Shown here piece by piece: positions 44,084 to 53,678 of a stretch of DNA of 59,292 nucleotides. Under the pieces are notes generated by a model. That model did not search any database. It saw only the letters and a program-made list of their open reading frames with translations, and was not told the DNA's origin. This DNA is from Candidatus Kaiserbacteria bacterium (GTDB lineage: Bacteria; Patescibacteriota; Minisyncoccia; Phycocordibacterales; UBA2100): NCBI GenBank assembly GCA_023267655.1, contig JAHFMV010000006.1, positions 1-59,292 of the forward strand, read 5' to 3'. Position 1 is the stretch's first letter. Every line of letters begins with the position of its first letter. Made by a program: the position numbers and the translations under genes.

Positions 44084-44355
44084 ACAGGTTCGCTCTGTAA
44101 GACATGCTCGCGAAACGCATTGTCCGCTGCATCGAGGTCGACGACATCGACTTTGTATGGAATCGGCGAATCATAGAAGCGCTCCCGAAGATCTGAGAGC
44201 CTTTTTTGCGATGATGTATTGCCGACAACGCCGAGATCGATGTCATGGAATTTCCCTCCCTTCACCGAAGAACCAAACAAAAAATACTTGTTCGACCGCA
44301 TCGGATCGAACTCTTCAACGACTTTTTTCACCTGATCGACATACCGATTCGTCAT
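44071..44355 (-). CDS. Minimal nucleotidyltransferase (MNT, HI0073-like)
   Basis: FLFGSSVKGGKFHDIDLGV (GSx10-DxD). ATG at 44355 sits 7 nt after a TAGGAT -10 box. Overlaps the HEPN gene by 13 nt. Confidence 0.8.
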   Translation of the reverse strand: MTNRYVDQVKKVVEEFDPMRSNKYFLFGSSVKGGKFHDIDLGVVGNTSSQKRLSDLRERFYDSPIPYKVDVVDLDAADNAFREHVLQSEPVWIA

Positions 44356-44394
44356 ACGCCACATCCTACCACGATGCCGTAGTTTGCGCGAACG

Positions 44395-47199
44395 TCAATA
44401 GGTAGGCGAGAGCGGATCCAGCGCCGGTCGTGGTTTTGGTGCGAAACGCGCGCGGACTTCTTCTTCGACTTCTTCCCTATCGCGACCGTAGGTGCGGTAT
44501 GAGAGTTCCTTGAGCGATTCGATGTGTGAGAAATCGAACTGCGGCAGGTCGGCCGTGCGGAGCGTAAACGGGCGCACCGGCTCGCCGTTTGAGAGCATGG
44601 CGACCGCTGCGTCGCGGTTTGCTTGGTTCTCGAGATCGTGGCGCGTAAAGACCGGATTGAATTGCTTTTCGAGAAATTCGGCGTCAGTCGTGCCGATACG
44701 GAACGCGATTTTCGTGCCGACGTTGCCGATCACGGCGTCGCGGATTTTCTCGTCGAGCTGCGCGATGAATTGGTGTGCGATCGTGAGTGAAAGCTTGTAT
44801 TTACGAGCTTCGGAGAGGATGGTCGAGATGCTAGCGGTTGCAAAGTTTTGGAATTCGTCGATGTAGAGATAGAAGGTCGGCAACTGGCCGCGAGTGTCGA
44901 CGCGTGAGAATGCCGCCTGCAAGAATTTGGAAACGAGGACGAGACCGAGGAGTGATGCGTTGCGCTCGCCGAGGCGACCTTTCGAGAGATTGGCGAGAAA
45001 AATCTTCTTGCCGTCCATGATTTCGCGGAAATCGAATGCGGAATGCTGTTGCGCGACTATGGGACGCATGATGTCATTGGCCGTAAAGACGTCGATTTTT
45101 GACGAGATATACGGCACGATATTTTCGAGCGATGCTTCCCCACCCGCGGCCTCGGCAATCTTGCGCCAGAAGTTGATGATGACGGGATTTTTGCACTTCG
45201 CGATTTTCATATTGCGGAATTCGGTGTCCGCCATCACGCGCGGAATTTCGAGGAGCGTGGAGCCCGACTCCTGATCTTCGACAACAAGCTGCGCGGCGTT
45301 ACGGTAGTACTGTTCAAACATCGGGCCGAATGCTTCGGGAATATCGTTGTAGAGCTTGCGGAAGATGTTGTAGACCTCATCGACGACGAATGTTTTCATC
45401 TCGGGCTTCGACTCGTCGTATTCGAGCATGTTGAGACCCATTGGCCGCGCTGTGTACGCGGGATCGAAATAAATCACGTCTTCATAGCGATTCGGCGGCA
45501 CGGCGGCGAGAATGTCTTCGATATCGGTGCCGTGCGGGTCGATGTAGGCGACGCCTTCGCCGTTGTGCATATCTTGAATAATCATGTTTTTCAGGATGCC
45601 CGTTTTACCGGTACCTGTCTGGCCGATGACATAACAGTGGCGCAGGCGGTCGCTCGTGCCGAATCTGACCGGCGTCTCCTCTGCGCCGTATTTGTTGATG
45701 CCGACGGTGATGCCGTCTGCTGGCGTGTCCACAGGTGCCGGCGCTTGCTTCCCGCGCGACTTTTTCAATTCGCGCGAGGTGTTCACGCGCTCGGCGGTGA
45801 GGTGTACCATCGTCGCGATTTCGGAGAGTCCCAGCGGCATCGCGTAGCCGCTATCAAAGGTGCGGAAGGTAAAATCGCGCAGGAAATTTGCGATCGACCA
45901 GCTGGAAACCTTTTTAAACGTGAGACGGTTGCCTTTCGGGTCGTCGAATTGGTTGAATGGCGTGATGAGGTTGGAGAGGAGCGCTTCGGCGCGGGAAGAA
46001 TCCGGCGCGGACGCGACGACGCGGATCACGGTCGGGACGATGCGGCTCTTTATTTTGCGACCGATTTCTTCGGTCGCCACTTGGTCGTTTTGCTTCATCA
46101 TGCGACCTTGCTCTTGCTCTTTTTTCGACTCCGCATTGAAAATAGATTCTTTGATTTCGTGGACGACATCGCCCAGCACGGTTTCCGGCGTATGGAGCGC
46201 TTTGTAGAGCGGCTTCCCCTTTTCGAGCGAGCGGATGATTTTTTTATAATGCTGGTTGTATCGCTCACCTTCGGAGGAAACCACGATCTGAAGCGCCGCG
46301 CCCTCGCCGTGCTTGGCAAGCTTTGCAAACGATGCGAGAACGATGTTCATCGGATCGTGTTCGAACATTTCGTAGGTTTTGAGGGGATATGCAGGATGCT
46401 CGGCGAGAGTCGCATACGCGGCGGCATGGACGCCGCTGTAGTTGAAAATATTGTAATCGCCGCGGCATTCATTGATGCGAGCGTTTGGGAAGACTGATGA
46501 GATAAGGCGCTCGGCAAGCTGCTGCTTTTCGCGCGGGACGGCGACGTACAGCGATGCTTCTTCGGTACCCTCGGGAACGGCAATTTCCAGCGAAAATCCT
46601 TCGTGCTTTGAAATGAGTGTGAGGAATCCGGCGTAGAGCTGTTCGGACGAGGCTAGTACCTGCTCAAGTTTTTGCTGACCTTGTTTTTCGGCGTCGTTCT
46701 CGCCGTGCGCTTGCGGATGAATTTCAAAGAGGACGAGGTGGAGCGCCCGCGCGACTCGCTCCGGCGGCTTCATCCCCTTTTCGGGCAGACCTTCGGCGAT
46801 GTAGCGCACGAGGACACGATGCAAATCATCTTCAAGATGCGGATTTTTCATGCGCGCGGCGACGGAGAGCGCATTGCGGATGCCTTTGTCAGCAACGAGC
46901 CGCAGAAGCCCGTCCATTTGCGCGTCATGTTCTTCCGGCTCGAGCTTCAGTGCCTGCCTCACGGTCTCATGCTCCGGCATGATCACCGCTTCGTGCAGGA
47001 TTGTCGCCTGCGGCGTTGCGGCGTATTCCGCGACTTCACGCTTTGCGATGCGATCCCGTTCAAACTGCGAGCTCGGCACTTCGAGTTCGCGTTCTTTTTC
47101 AGCTACTCGCTCGCGCAGATAGGCAAGCTCCTCTTCGGGAGATTTAAATGTCGATGAAGGCGCGCGCGGGCGCTCTCCGATCCCTGAACGTGGGGGCAT
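44395..47199 (-). CDS. VirD4/TraG/TraD-like coupling-protein ATPase with a ~480-aa N-terminal extension
   Basis: Walker A VIGQTGTGKTG, Walker B FYLYIDEFQNF, LTIAHQF. TGgTATAAT lies 6 nt before the ATG. Confidence 0.7.
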   Translation of the reverse strand: MPPRSGIGERPRAPSSTFKSPEEELAYLRERVAEKERELEVPSSQFERDRIAKREVAEYAATPQATILHEAVIMPEHETVRQALKLEPEEHDAQMDGLLRLVADKGIRNALSVAARMKNPHLEDDLHRVLVRYIAEGLPEKGMKPPERVARALHLVLFEIHPQAHGENDAEKQGQQKLEQVLASSEQLYAGFLTLISKHEGFSLEIAVPEGTEEASLYVAVPREKQQLAERLISSVFPNARINECRGDYNIFNYSGVHAAAYATLAEHPAYPLKTYEMFEHDPMNIVLASFAKLAKHGEGAALQIVVSSEGERYNQHYKKIIRSLEKGKPLYKALHTPETVLGDVVHEIKESIFNAESKKEQEQGRMMKQNDQVATEEIGRKIKSRIVPTVIRVVASAPDSSRAEALLSNLITPFNQFDDPKGNRLTFKKVSSWSIANFLRDFTFRTFDSGYAMPLGLSEIATMVHLTAERVNTSRELKKSRGKQAPAPVDTPADGITVGINKYGAEETPVRFGTSDRLRHCYVIGQTGTGKTGILKNMIIQDMHNGEGVAYIDPHGTDIEDILAAVPPNRYEDVIYFDPAYTARPMGLNMLEYDESKPEMKTFVVDEVYNIFRKLYNDIPEAFGPMFEQYYRNAAQLVVEDQESGSTLLEIPRVMADTEFRNMKIAKCKNPVIINFWRKIAEAAGGEASLENIVPYISSKIDVFTANDIMRPIVAQQHSAFDFREIMDGKKIFLANLSKGRLGERNASLLGLVLVSKFLQAAFSRVDTRGQLPTFYLYIDEFQNFATASISTILSEARKYKLSLTIAHQFIAQLDEKIRDAVIGNVGTKIAFRIGTTDAEFLEKQFNPVFTRHDLENQANRDAAVAMLSNGEPVRPFTLRTADLPQFDFSHIESLKELSYRTYGRDREEVEEEVRARFAPKPRPALDPLSPTY

Positions 47200-47221
47200 G
47201 GAGAAATTATACCATTAACTC

Positions 47222-48226
47222 TTATAGACTCTCTCTCGATAGTTCTTCCCATCGGCCGCCGCGTGACTGATAGATGGTGAGTTTCGGTCGAGCAATGCGC
47301 CAGTATGGTTCGTACATAAGATTTCTGGCACTTCGTTCGTTCTGATGTTGCGCGTAATGCTGAATCGATTTTGTGTGCGCATTTCCGAGTATCTCGACTA
47401 CCGGGCCTGGTGTAGTCATATACTTTTTTGCTAAACGCTTTGTCGCTTCTCCATCAATAACATCTCGCGCATCAGTGAGATTGTAGCGTGCAAATCCCAA
47501 TGGATTTTCCGTTCTACCGACGCGTCGAGGCACGAGACGATACAAATCATCAATGAGCGACTCCGATTCTCGCTCAAACGTGTCTGCTCCATACGAAAGA
47601 GACGCGCCTGCCGCAATTGTCCCTGCTACTCCTTGTAGAAATGTGCGTCGAGTCACGGATTCCTTAGCGACAGAGTTTTTCTTCAGATCTTCGTAGAAAG
47701 CCTCAAGAAGCATCGCAACGAAGGCTCCCCCTGCAATATATGGCTTTAAGCCCTTCACCCTATCATCAAGACTCTCCATCTGTAACATTTGGAGATACAT
47801 TCCGCCGCTGTACACATCAGAAACGGCGACTGGGACATTTACTTTTGCTGCGATGGACTCCAGCCGTGCAAAAAATCGAGCGTCGTCATTTTCAGCTATA
47901 TGCTTCTTTATCCGCGAGATTAACTCTGCATCGGGAATATTAATAGTATCGGGACGAGTCTTGCGTAAAAATGCGGCATATTCGCGAGCAGACGTGTCGC
48001 TGAACATACCGGTCGCACTGGGGGCAGCTTCAAGCAGAACGACGGATGCGCCGCTGATTATGCGTTCAAATTCCTTCTCATATTGGCCGCCGATGTAGTC
48101 AGTATGCAGTACCCCGTAGATATCGATTTCTTTACCTTGCAATTCGAATTGCGCCAATCGATCTTTCCATTCTGGGAGCGTTAACTTCTGTTTTCTTTCT
48201 TCTGGAGTATTGATCTTTTCAGCCAT
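47222..48226 (-). CDS. Hypothetical protein (334 aa) with an internal twin-arginine-like hydrophobic segment
   Basis: Intact ORF with an internal SVTRRTFLQGVAGTIAAGASL segment. No family recognised. Confidence 0.6.
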   Translation of the reverse strand: MAEKINTPEERKQKLTLPEWKDRLAQFELQGKEIDIYGVLHTDYIGGQYEKEFERIISGASVVLLEAAPSATGMFSDTSAREYAAFLRKTRPDTINIPDAELISRIKKHIAENDDARFFARLESIAAKVNVPVAVSDVYSGGMYLQMLQMESLDDRVKGLKPYIAGGAFVAMLLEAFYEDLKKNSVAKESVTRRTFLQGVAGTIAAGASLSYGADTFERESESLIDDLYRLVPRRVGRTENPLGFARYNLTDARDVIDGEATKRLAKKYMTTPGPVVEILGNAHTKSIQHYAQHQNERSARNLMYEPYWRIARPKLTIYQSRGGRWEELSRESL

Positions 48227-48239
48227 GATTTAACGGGGA

Positions 48240-48959
48240 TTATACCCTATCCCGTTCGTGGATGAGGAGACGGATTTCGTTGGCTATGTGCATCGTGCGC
48301 GTTTCGAGATGCCGCGGATATGGGAGGGTGACCGGGACGAACTTTTTGAGAGAGCCCGCCTTCATCACTAAGACGCTCTGCGCGAGGAGCACCGCTTCTT
48401 CGAGCGAATGCGAGACTAAAATGACCGTGAGGCTGCGGCGCTGCCAGAGCGAAAGCACTTCGCGGTGCAGGCGCTCGGCGGTTTCGACATCGAGCGCGGA
48501 AAATGGCTCGTCCATGAGGAGGATATCAGGATCGGTTACGAGCGCGCGAGCAATGCCGACGCGCTGGCGCTGACCGCCGGAGAGATCGCGCGGAAGTTCT
48601 CGCGCGAATTGCGCCATGCCAACTTCGCCGAGCGCGGCACGCGCCTTTGCAAACTGTTCGTGTTCGGAAAATCCGGCGTTCATGAGACCGAGTGCGACGT
48701 TTTCCTCGGCGGTTTTCCATGGGAGCAGTGCGCCCGATTGGAACACCATTGAAATGCGACCGTCGGTGTGCATCTCCCCCGTTTGCGGCGGGATAAGTCC
48801 CGCAAGTAATTTCAAGACGGTGGATTTGCCGCCGCCGGAAGGTCCGACGATCGCCGTAAACGAATGTGCGGGAAATCCAACTGACAGAGCTTCAATTGCC
48901 GGCGCATTATGGCCGGGATAGGCATACGAGACGTCTTTTAGTTCGAGTACGGATTCCAT
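48240..48959 (-). CDS. ABC transporter ATP-binding protein (NitT/TauT-type)
   Basis: GPSGGGKST, LSGGQRQRVGIARAL, LLMDEPFSALD. Confidence 0.9.
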   Translation of the reverse strand: MESVLELKDVSYAYPGHNAPAIEALSVGFPAHSFTAIVGPSGGGKSTVLKLLAGLIPPQTGEMHTDGRISMVFQSGALLPWKTAEENVALGLMNAGFSEHEQFAKARAALGEVGMAQFARELPRDLSGGQRQRVGIARALVTDPDILLMDEPFSALDVETAERLHREVLSLWQRRSLTVILVSHSLEEAVLLAQSVLVMKAGSLKKFVPVTLPYPRHLETRTMHIANEIRLLIHERDRV

Positions 48960-48964
48960 GGCTG

Positions 48965-49771
48965 TTATTCGAATTTAAACCTCTCACTGTAGCGCAACAG
49001 CGGCTGCCAAATCGCAATGTTCATACCGACAATCACCGCAACCATGATCGCGACTGCGGCGGCAAAAGCGCGCGTGTTGCCGCTTGATGATGCGTGCACC
49101 AAGATCGAGCCGATACCATAGAGATCATTCGCGATCGTTGTGTTCGGAATATACGTGTGAATCACTTCGACGACGATGAGCATGTTCCAGCCTTCCGCCC
49201 ACGCGAGAAGCGATCCGGTAACGACGCTTGGGACAAGCGCGGGCAAGATGATGTGCTTCAACTTTTGCAGATAGGTAAGGCCAAAGACAGTGCCAACCGA
49301 GCGGACTTCTTCGGGGATCACTCGTAGACCGCCGACTGCAGAAAAAAGAATGTTGCCGATCATCGCGAGCGCCATGACGCAGATGGCGGCGAGCGAGTAG
49401 CCGCGTGAGCCGATGAAAATAGCGAGAATGGCGGGAAAGAACGCGAGTATAGGAAACGACTCGAGGACGTCCCAAATTGGGAGCGTGATTCGCTCGACAA
49501 GCCGGCTGGAGAGCGTGAGGATCGCAAGCGCGACGCCGAGGACGAGCGAGACTGCAAACGCGACGCTGATACGCAGGATAGACGCGATGATCGCGACAGC
49601 AAATTCATTAAAGGAAATCTGCGGGTACGAGCGCTGCGCATATTCCCCTATTGCATATGCGGAAAGGACGACGATCAATGTCGGCAGCGCAACGTGGATG
49701 AGTATATGCTCCCACCGTGAAAGCATCATCTTGCGATGACCATGATGTGTGATATGCGCATGCTTTCGCAT
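48965..49771 (-). CDS. ABC transporter permease (NitT/TauT-type)
   Basis: 6 TM with an EAA-like loop, EEVRSVGTVFGLTYLQKLKHIILPALVP. Confidence 0.85.
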   Translation of the reverse strand: MRKHAHITHHGHRKMMLSRWEHILIHVALPTLIVVLSAYAIGEYAQRSYPQISFNEFAVAIIASILRISVAFAVSLVLGVALAILTLSSRLVERITLPIWDVLESFPILAFFPAILAIFIGSRGYSLAAICVMALAMIGNILFSAVGGLRVIPEEVRSVGTVFGLTYLQKLKHIILPALVPSVVTGSLLAWAEGWNMLIVVEVIHTYIPNTTIANDLYGIGSILVHASSSGNTRAFAAAVAIMVAVIVGMNIAIWQPLLRYSERFKFE

Positions 49772-49787
49772 GCGATAAGTATACCGC

Positions 49788-50564
49788 TTAAACTTTCGTC
49801 AGGATTTCCGGACCATCTTTGGTGACGATAATCGTATGCTCGACATGCGCGGTGCGGGACTTGTCTGTGGTGCGGTAGGCATGTCCAGTACGACCGCTAT
49901 CGACTTTTAAATCTCCGGAGCCGCGCGCAAACATCGGCTCGATCGCTATCACCAGTCCTTCGACGATTTTCTCGCCGGTTCCTGGGGCACCGAAGTTTGG
50001 CACGTGTGGCTCTTCATGTACTTCTTTTCCTACGCCGTGACCAGAGAGATTCTTCGGATAGCCGAGGCCGTTTTTTCGTGCAATTTTCTCCACCGCATAC
50101 CCAATATCTCCGACAGTATTACCTATGCGTGCTTCAGCAATGCCCGCCGCAAGCGCTTCGTAGGCGGCATCCATCATTTTCACGTCTTCAGGATCACGTT
50201 TAGTTCCTGCAATAACAGTAACAGCATGGTCAGTGTAAAAGCCTTTGTGTATAAGCCCGAAATCAAGTGACACAATATCGCCATCCTGAACCACATCGCC
50301 GCTTTGTCCGGCGGGATTGTGCACAATCGTATCGTTAATGGATAAACTCAATGCTGACGGCATTGGCTCTTTCTCTTTTGCATATTTATATCCCTTGAAT
50401 GCTGGTGTATCCCCACCCGAGGCAACAAGTTCAAGCGCGCGAGCTTCCAGCTCGCGCGCAGTAATTCCCGGCTTTAGCATACCCTTCAGTTCATTTAAAT
50501 ACGTCGCAAGCCGACGTCCGCCTTCACGTAAAATCTCAATCTCTTCCTGTGTTCGGGCAATCAT
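49788..50564 (-). CDS. map: Methionine aminopeptidase type I
   Basis: IVHNPAG...GDIVSLDFG..YTDHAVT...GHGVGKEVHE...IAIEP...AHVEHT. Confidence 0.9.
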   Translation of the reverse strand: MIARTQEEIEILREGGRRLATYLNELKGMLKPGITARELEARALELVASGGDTPAFKGYKYAKEKEPMPSALSLSINDTIVHNPAGQSGDVVQDGDIVSLDFGLIHKGFYTDHAVTVIAGTKRDPEDVKMMDAAYEALAAGIAEARIGNTVGDIGYAVEKIARKNGLGYPKNLSGHGVGKEVHEEPHVPNFGAPGTGEKIVEGLVIAIEPMFARGSGDLKVDSGRTGHAYRTTDKSRTAHVEHTIIVTKDGPEILTKV

Positions 50565-50596
50565 GAAGTTTTATGTGCAGGCTTGGCTTGCACAAT

Positions 50597-51184
50597 CTAG
50601 CTAAGTCCTAATTTTACGAGAATCTCTTTGTGGATAGTATTAACGTCGGGTTCGCCATCAATTTCGATAATTTGTCGGCCACGTTCTTTCAAAAGTTCGA
50701 GTTGCGGCATCACGTCAGTCTTCGTCCATGCGAGACGCGTACGGATTGCTTCTTCCGTATCATCGTTGCGGCCACGCGCAAGAAGGCGCTTCACGGCGGT
50801 GTCGTCATTGATCACAAGGTTGATAACGACGAATCCGTCCTTATAGAATTTCGACATCATGTCATCAAACGCACGCGTTTGATCTGCGCCGCGCGCAAGG
50901 CCGTCAGCAATAACATGTTGTTCGCCGGTGAAAGTGTCGATAACTTTTTTGGTCTGCAAGTAGATCGCCATGAAATCATAAATACGGAGTCCCGCGTCAA
51001 TGATTTCACCCGTCAGTTTTCCTGCGTAGGTTCCGGTGTCGCGCAAATTACGCAGCTCCTGCCCCATATCCAAACGTATGATGGCGCGGTCGGATTTGGA
51101 CTGCAAATAGTCCATCAGCATCTTGACCTGCGTGCCTTTGCCAGCGCCCTGTGAGCCGAAAAATAAGACTGAAATTGGCTTCAT
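50597..51184 (-). CDS. adk: Adenylate kinase
   Basis: FFGSQGAGKGTQ P-loop, short LID. Confidence 0.9.
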   Translation of the reverse strand: MKPISVLFFGSQGAGKGTQVKMLMDYLQSKSDRAIIRLDMGQELRNLRDTGTYAGKLTGEIIDAGLRIYDFMAIYLQTKKVIDTFTGEQHVIADGLARGADQTRAFDDMMSKFYKDGFVVINLVINDDTAVKRLLARGRNDDTEEAIRTRLAWTKTDVMPQLELLKERGRQIIEIDGEPDVNTIHKEILVKLGLS

Positions 51185-51186
51185 GT

Positions 51187-51765
51187 CTAGAGAGAATACC
51201 CTTCTTTCTGCAAAATTTCCACTACTTTCTGGATGGTCTCCGGCAGACTGCCGTCGGCATTTATCACGCGGTAATCGTACTCGGGAGAATGCATCTTGAT
51301 TTCTTCTTCACTGATACGCATGCGGGTTTCAAATTCCTTCTCGCTCCATTCCGGGTTGCGTGCTTTCAAGCGGCCACGGAACTGTTCTATCGACTCTGGC
51401 ATGATAAAAATCGTCGTCGCGTTATAGTTTTGTTTTAAAAACCGCGCGCCGATCACATCGACAACGGCGAAAACCGTCTTCCCCTCCTTCAAGCGCTTGT
51501 CGAGATCCGGTTTATAGATACCGTAATGAGTATCGAGGTGCGGCACGTAGCGGTGTTCGAGAATATTCCCTGCAGCCATTTCTTGGTCAAATCGTTCCAC
51601 CGAATAATAGTAGTAATTGACGCCTTCTTCCTCCCCAGGGCGCATGAGGCGGGTTGTCGCGGTCACCAAGAGTGTGCAGTTGGAGTGGCTGGCAATGATT
51701 CCGCGTACAACGGAGTCTTTGCCGCTACCCGACGGTCCTGCAATCACGACAACCTGTTTATTCAT
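51187..51765 (-). CDS. gmk: Guanylate kinase
   Basis: IAGPSGSGKDS...TTRLMRPGEEEGVNYYYYS. Confidence 0.85.
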   Translation of the reverse strand: MNKQVVVIAGPSGSGKDSVVRGIIASHSNCTLLVTATTRLMRPGEEEGVNYYYYSVERFDQEMAAGNILEHRYVPHLDTHYGIYKPDLDKRLKEGKTVFAVVDVIGARFLKQNYNATTIFIMPESIEQFRGRLKARNPEWSEKEFETRMRISEEEIKMHSPEYDYRVINADGSLPETIQKVVEILQKEGYSL

Positions 51766-51830
51766 GAGCGATATCCTAGCATGAAAAAGGTCGGCAAAGA
51801 GCCGGCCTTTTTTATCACGTCAACTTATAT

Positions 51831-53105
51831 TTAGTACTCGCGAATAGAGGTCTGCGCGTCGATCTTCTTCACGACATCAAGCACGACGGAGACAACGATG
51901 AGAAGCGCGGTGCCGCCGATGGTGATTGCGGTGAGGCCGGTTGCCGCGGTGAGAATGCTCGGGAGGACGGCGAGTGAGGCGAGGAAGAGCGCGCCGACGA
52001 GTGTGATGCGCGTGATGATGTTGCCGAGGTATTCGGCGGTCGTCGTGCCTGGGCGGACGCCGGGGATGAATGCGCCGTTTTTCTGGAGGTTCTTGGCGAT
52101 TTGGTGCGGTTCAAACGTGATCGCTGTGTAGAAGAACGTAAAGACGAAGACGAGGAGGAAGTAGAGCGTGCCGTGGATCGCTTGGTTATTGAGCGCTACC
52201 ACAACCGCATTTGCGCCATGTGCGAGCCACGCGACTGACGAGCGCGCGAGGAAGGTCGCAATCATCTGCGGGAAAAGAAGGATCGAAAGGCCGAAGATAA
52301 TCGGCATGACGCCCGCCTGATTGAGGCGCAGCGGCAAGTACGTGGAAACGCCGCCCATCACTTTCATGCCGCGAACGCGGCGCGCATAGGTGACGGGAAT
52401 CGGGCGTTCGGCTTCGGTAATGAACACCACCGCGGCGACGATAACAACCGCGACGGCGGCAAAACCGATGTACGCCGGAATCTGCGAAATATCAAACGAG
52501 AAGAACAACTGCGCGATGTCCGTCGGGATGCGCGAAATGATGCCGGCAAAGATGATGAGTGAGACGCCGTTCCCCACGCCGAATTCCGTGATGAGTTCTC
52601 CGAGCCACATGAGGAGCATCGAGCCCGCGGCGATGACGACGGTGTTGATGATCGCGACTTGCAGCGTCACCGGCGGGATCGCACCGTTTTGCTGCAAGAG
52701 AAGCAGGAACGCGAAGCCTTGCAAGAGCGCGAGCGGGAGCGTGAGGTAGCGCGAGTACTGCGTAAAGCGCGCGCGGCCGGCGTCCCCTTCTTCCTGATAG
52801 ATCTCTTTCAATTTTGGGACAAGGACGGTGAGGAGTTGCATGACGATCGAGGCGGTGATGTACGGCCCCACGCCGAGCATCACGATCGAGAGATTTGAGA
52901 ATCCGCCGCCGCTAAAGACGTTGAGGAGGCCAAAGAACTGGTTGTTATTTAAAAATGCTTCGAGACCTTGTGCGTTGACCGACGGAATCGGAATCGCCGC
53001 AAGGAGACGGAAGACGACGAGCGCGCCGAGCGTAAAGAGCACGCGCTTGCGGAGCGTCGTATCTTCGAGGACAATTTTTACTTTTCTTACAAATGCGTCC
53101 CACAT
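51831..53105 (-). CDS. secY: Preprotein translocase SecY
   Basis: 10 TM, LGVGPYITASIVMQLL, GGVSTYLPLR. The start is trimmed to MWDAFVRK. Confidence 0.9.
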   Translation of the reverse strand: MWDAFVRKVKIVLEDTTLRKRVLFTLGALVVFRLLAAIPIPSVNAQGLEAFLNNNQFFGLLNVFSGGGFSNLSIVMLGVGPYITASIVMQLLTVLVPKLKEIYQEEGDAGRARFTQYSRYLTLPLALLQGFAFLLLLQQNGAIPPVTLQVAIINTVVIAAGSMLLMWLGELITEFGVGNGVSLIIFAGIISRIPTDIAQLFFSFDISQIPAYIGFAAVAVVIVAAVVFITEAERPIPVTYARRVRGMKVMGGVSTYLPLRLNQAGVMPIIFGLSILLFPQMIATFLARSSVAWLAHGANAVVVALNNQAIHGTLYFLLVFVFTFFYTAITFEPHQIAKNLQKNGAFIPGVRPGTTTAEYLGNIITRITLVGALFLASLAVLPSILTAATGLTAITIGGTALLIVVSVVLDVVKKIDAQTSIREY

Positions 53106-53212
53106 AGTATTTGAATTTTCAATTTTAAATTTGCAATTTTCAATGAATTTCCAATGTTCCAATGTTTGAAAATTAATTCATTGATTGGAAATTGAGAATT
53201 GTAAATTGAAAA
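53106..53212. repeat. AT-rich palindromic intergenic repeat, copy 1
   Basis: Shares AATTTTCAATT...TTGCAATTTTCAAT...CAATGTTTGAAAATT...AATTGTAAATT with copies at 55226 and 58548. Confidence 0.8.
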
Positions 53213-53674
53213 TTAACTGATAGTGCCGCCTGCTTTCTCAACGGCCATCCTAGCACCAGCAGAAATAGAGACTCCTTTCAGCGTAATCTTTTTTGTGAGT
53301 CCTTCGGAGCCGACGATTTTCACCATTGGCGTGTGCTTCTTTTTGTAGGCGAGGATACCGCTCTCGACGATTGCCTTTGGGGTAATTTCTGCACCCGCTT
53401 CAAAGGTCGCCTCGATCTGTTCAAGCGTGACGGTAATCGGTCGCGGCTTGAGCGCCCAGACGGTGCGTCCGCGGTTCTTGCCGTAGCCACGACGCTTCGG
53501 GATTTTCTTGATGATGTCGCGGAGTGCCGGACGGACTTTGTGACCGGCGCGTGCGGTCTGGCCTTTACCGCCACGGCCGCTCTGTTTTCCGCGTGTTGAA
53601 GACTGTCCGCGGCCAACACGGCGGTATGCGCGCTTCAGGCTTCGTGGTCGTGAAATGGTGTTAAGGTCGGCCAT
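53213..53674 (-). CDS. rplO: 50S ribosomal protein L15
   Basis: RVGRGQSSTRGKQSGRGGKGQTARAG. Confidence 0.9.
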   Translation of the reverse strand: MADLNTISRPRSLKRAYRRVGRGQSSTRGKQSGRGGKGQTARAGHKVRPALRDIIKKIPKRRGYGKNRGRTVWALKPRPITVTLEQIEATFEAGAEITPKAIVESGILAYKKKHTPMVKIVGSEGLTKKITLKGVSISAGARMAVEKAGGTIS

Positions 53675-53678
53675 ATGA

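Noticed and set aside
45532-46497. 321-aa plus-strand ORF, plus neighbouring plus-strand ORFs at 44492-47157
   Set aside because: It is antisense to the well-supported VirD4-like ATPase gene. It has an R/D/F-rich low-complexity translation typical of the antisense frame of a GC-rich coding region, and no promoter or start signals.
47640-47710. RRTFLQGVAGTIAAGASL as a Tat signal peptide
   Set aside because: The motif lies around residue 190 of a continuous ORF with no nearby in-frame start. It is kept only as a curiosity within the 334-aa protein.
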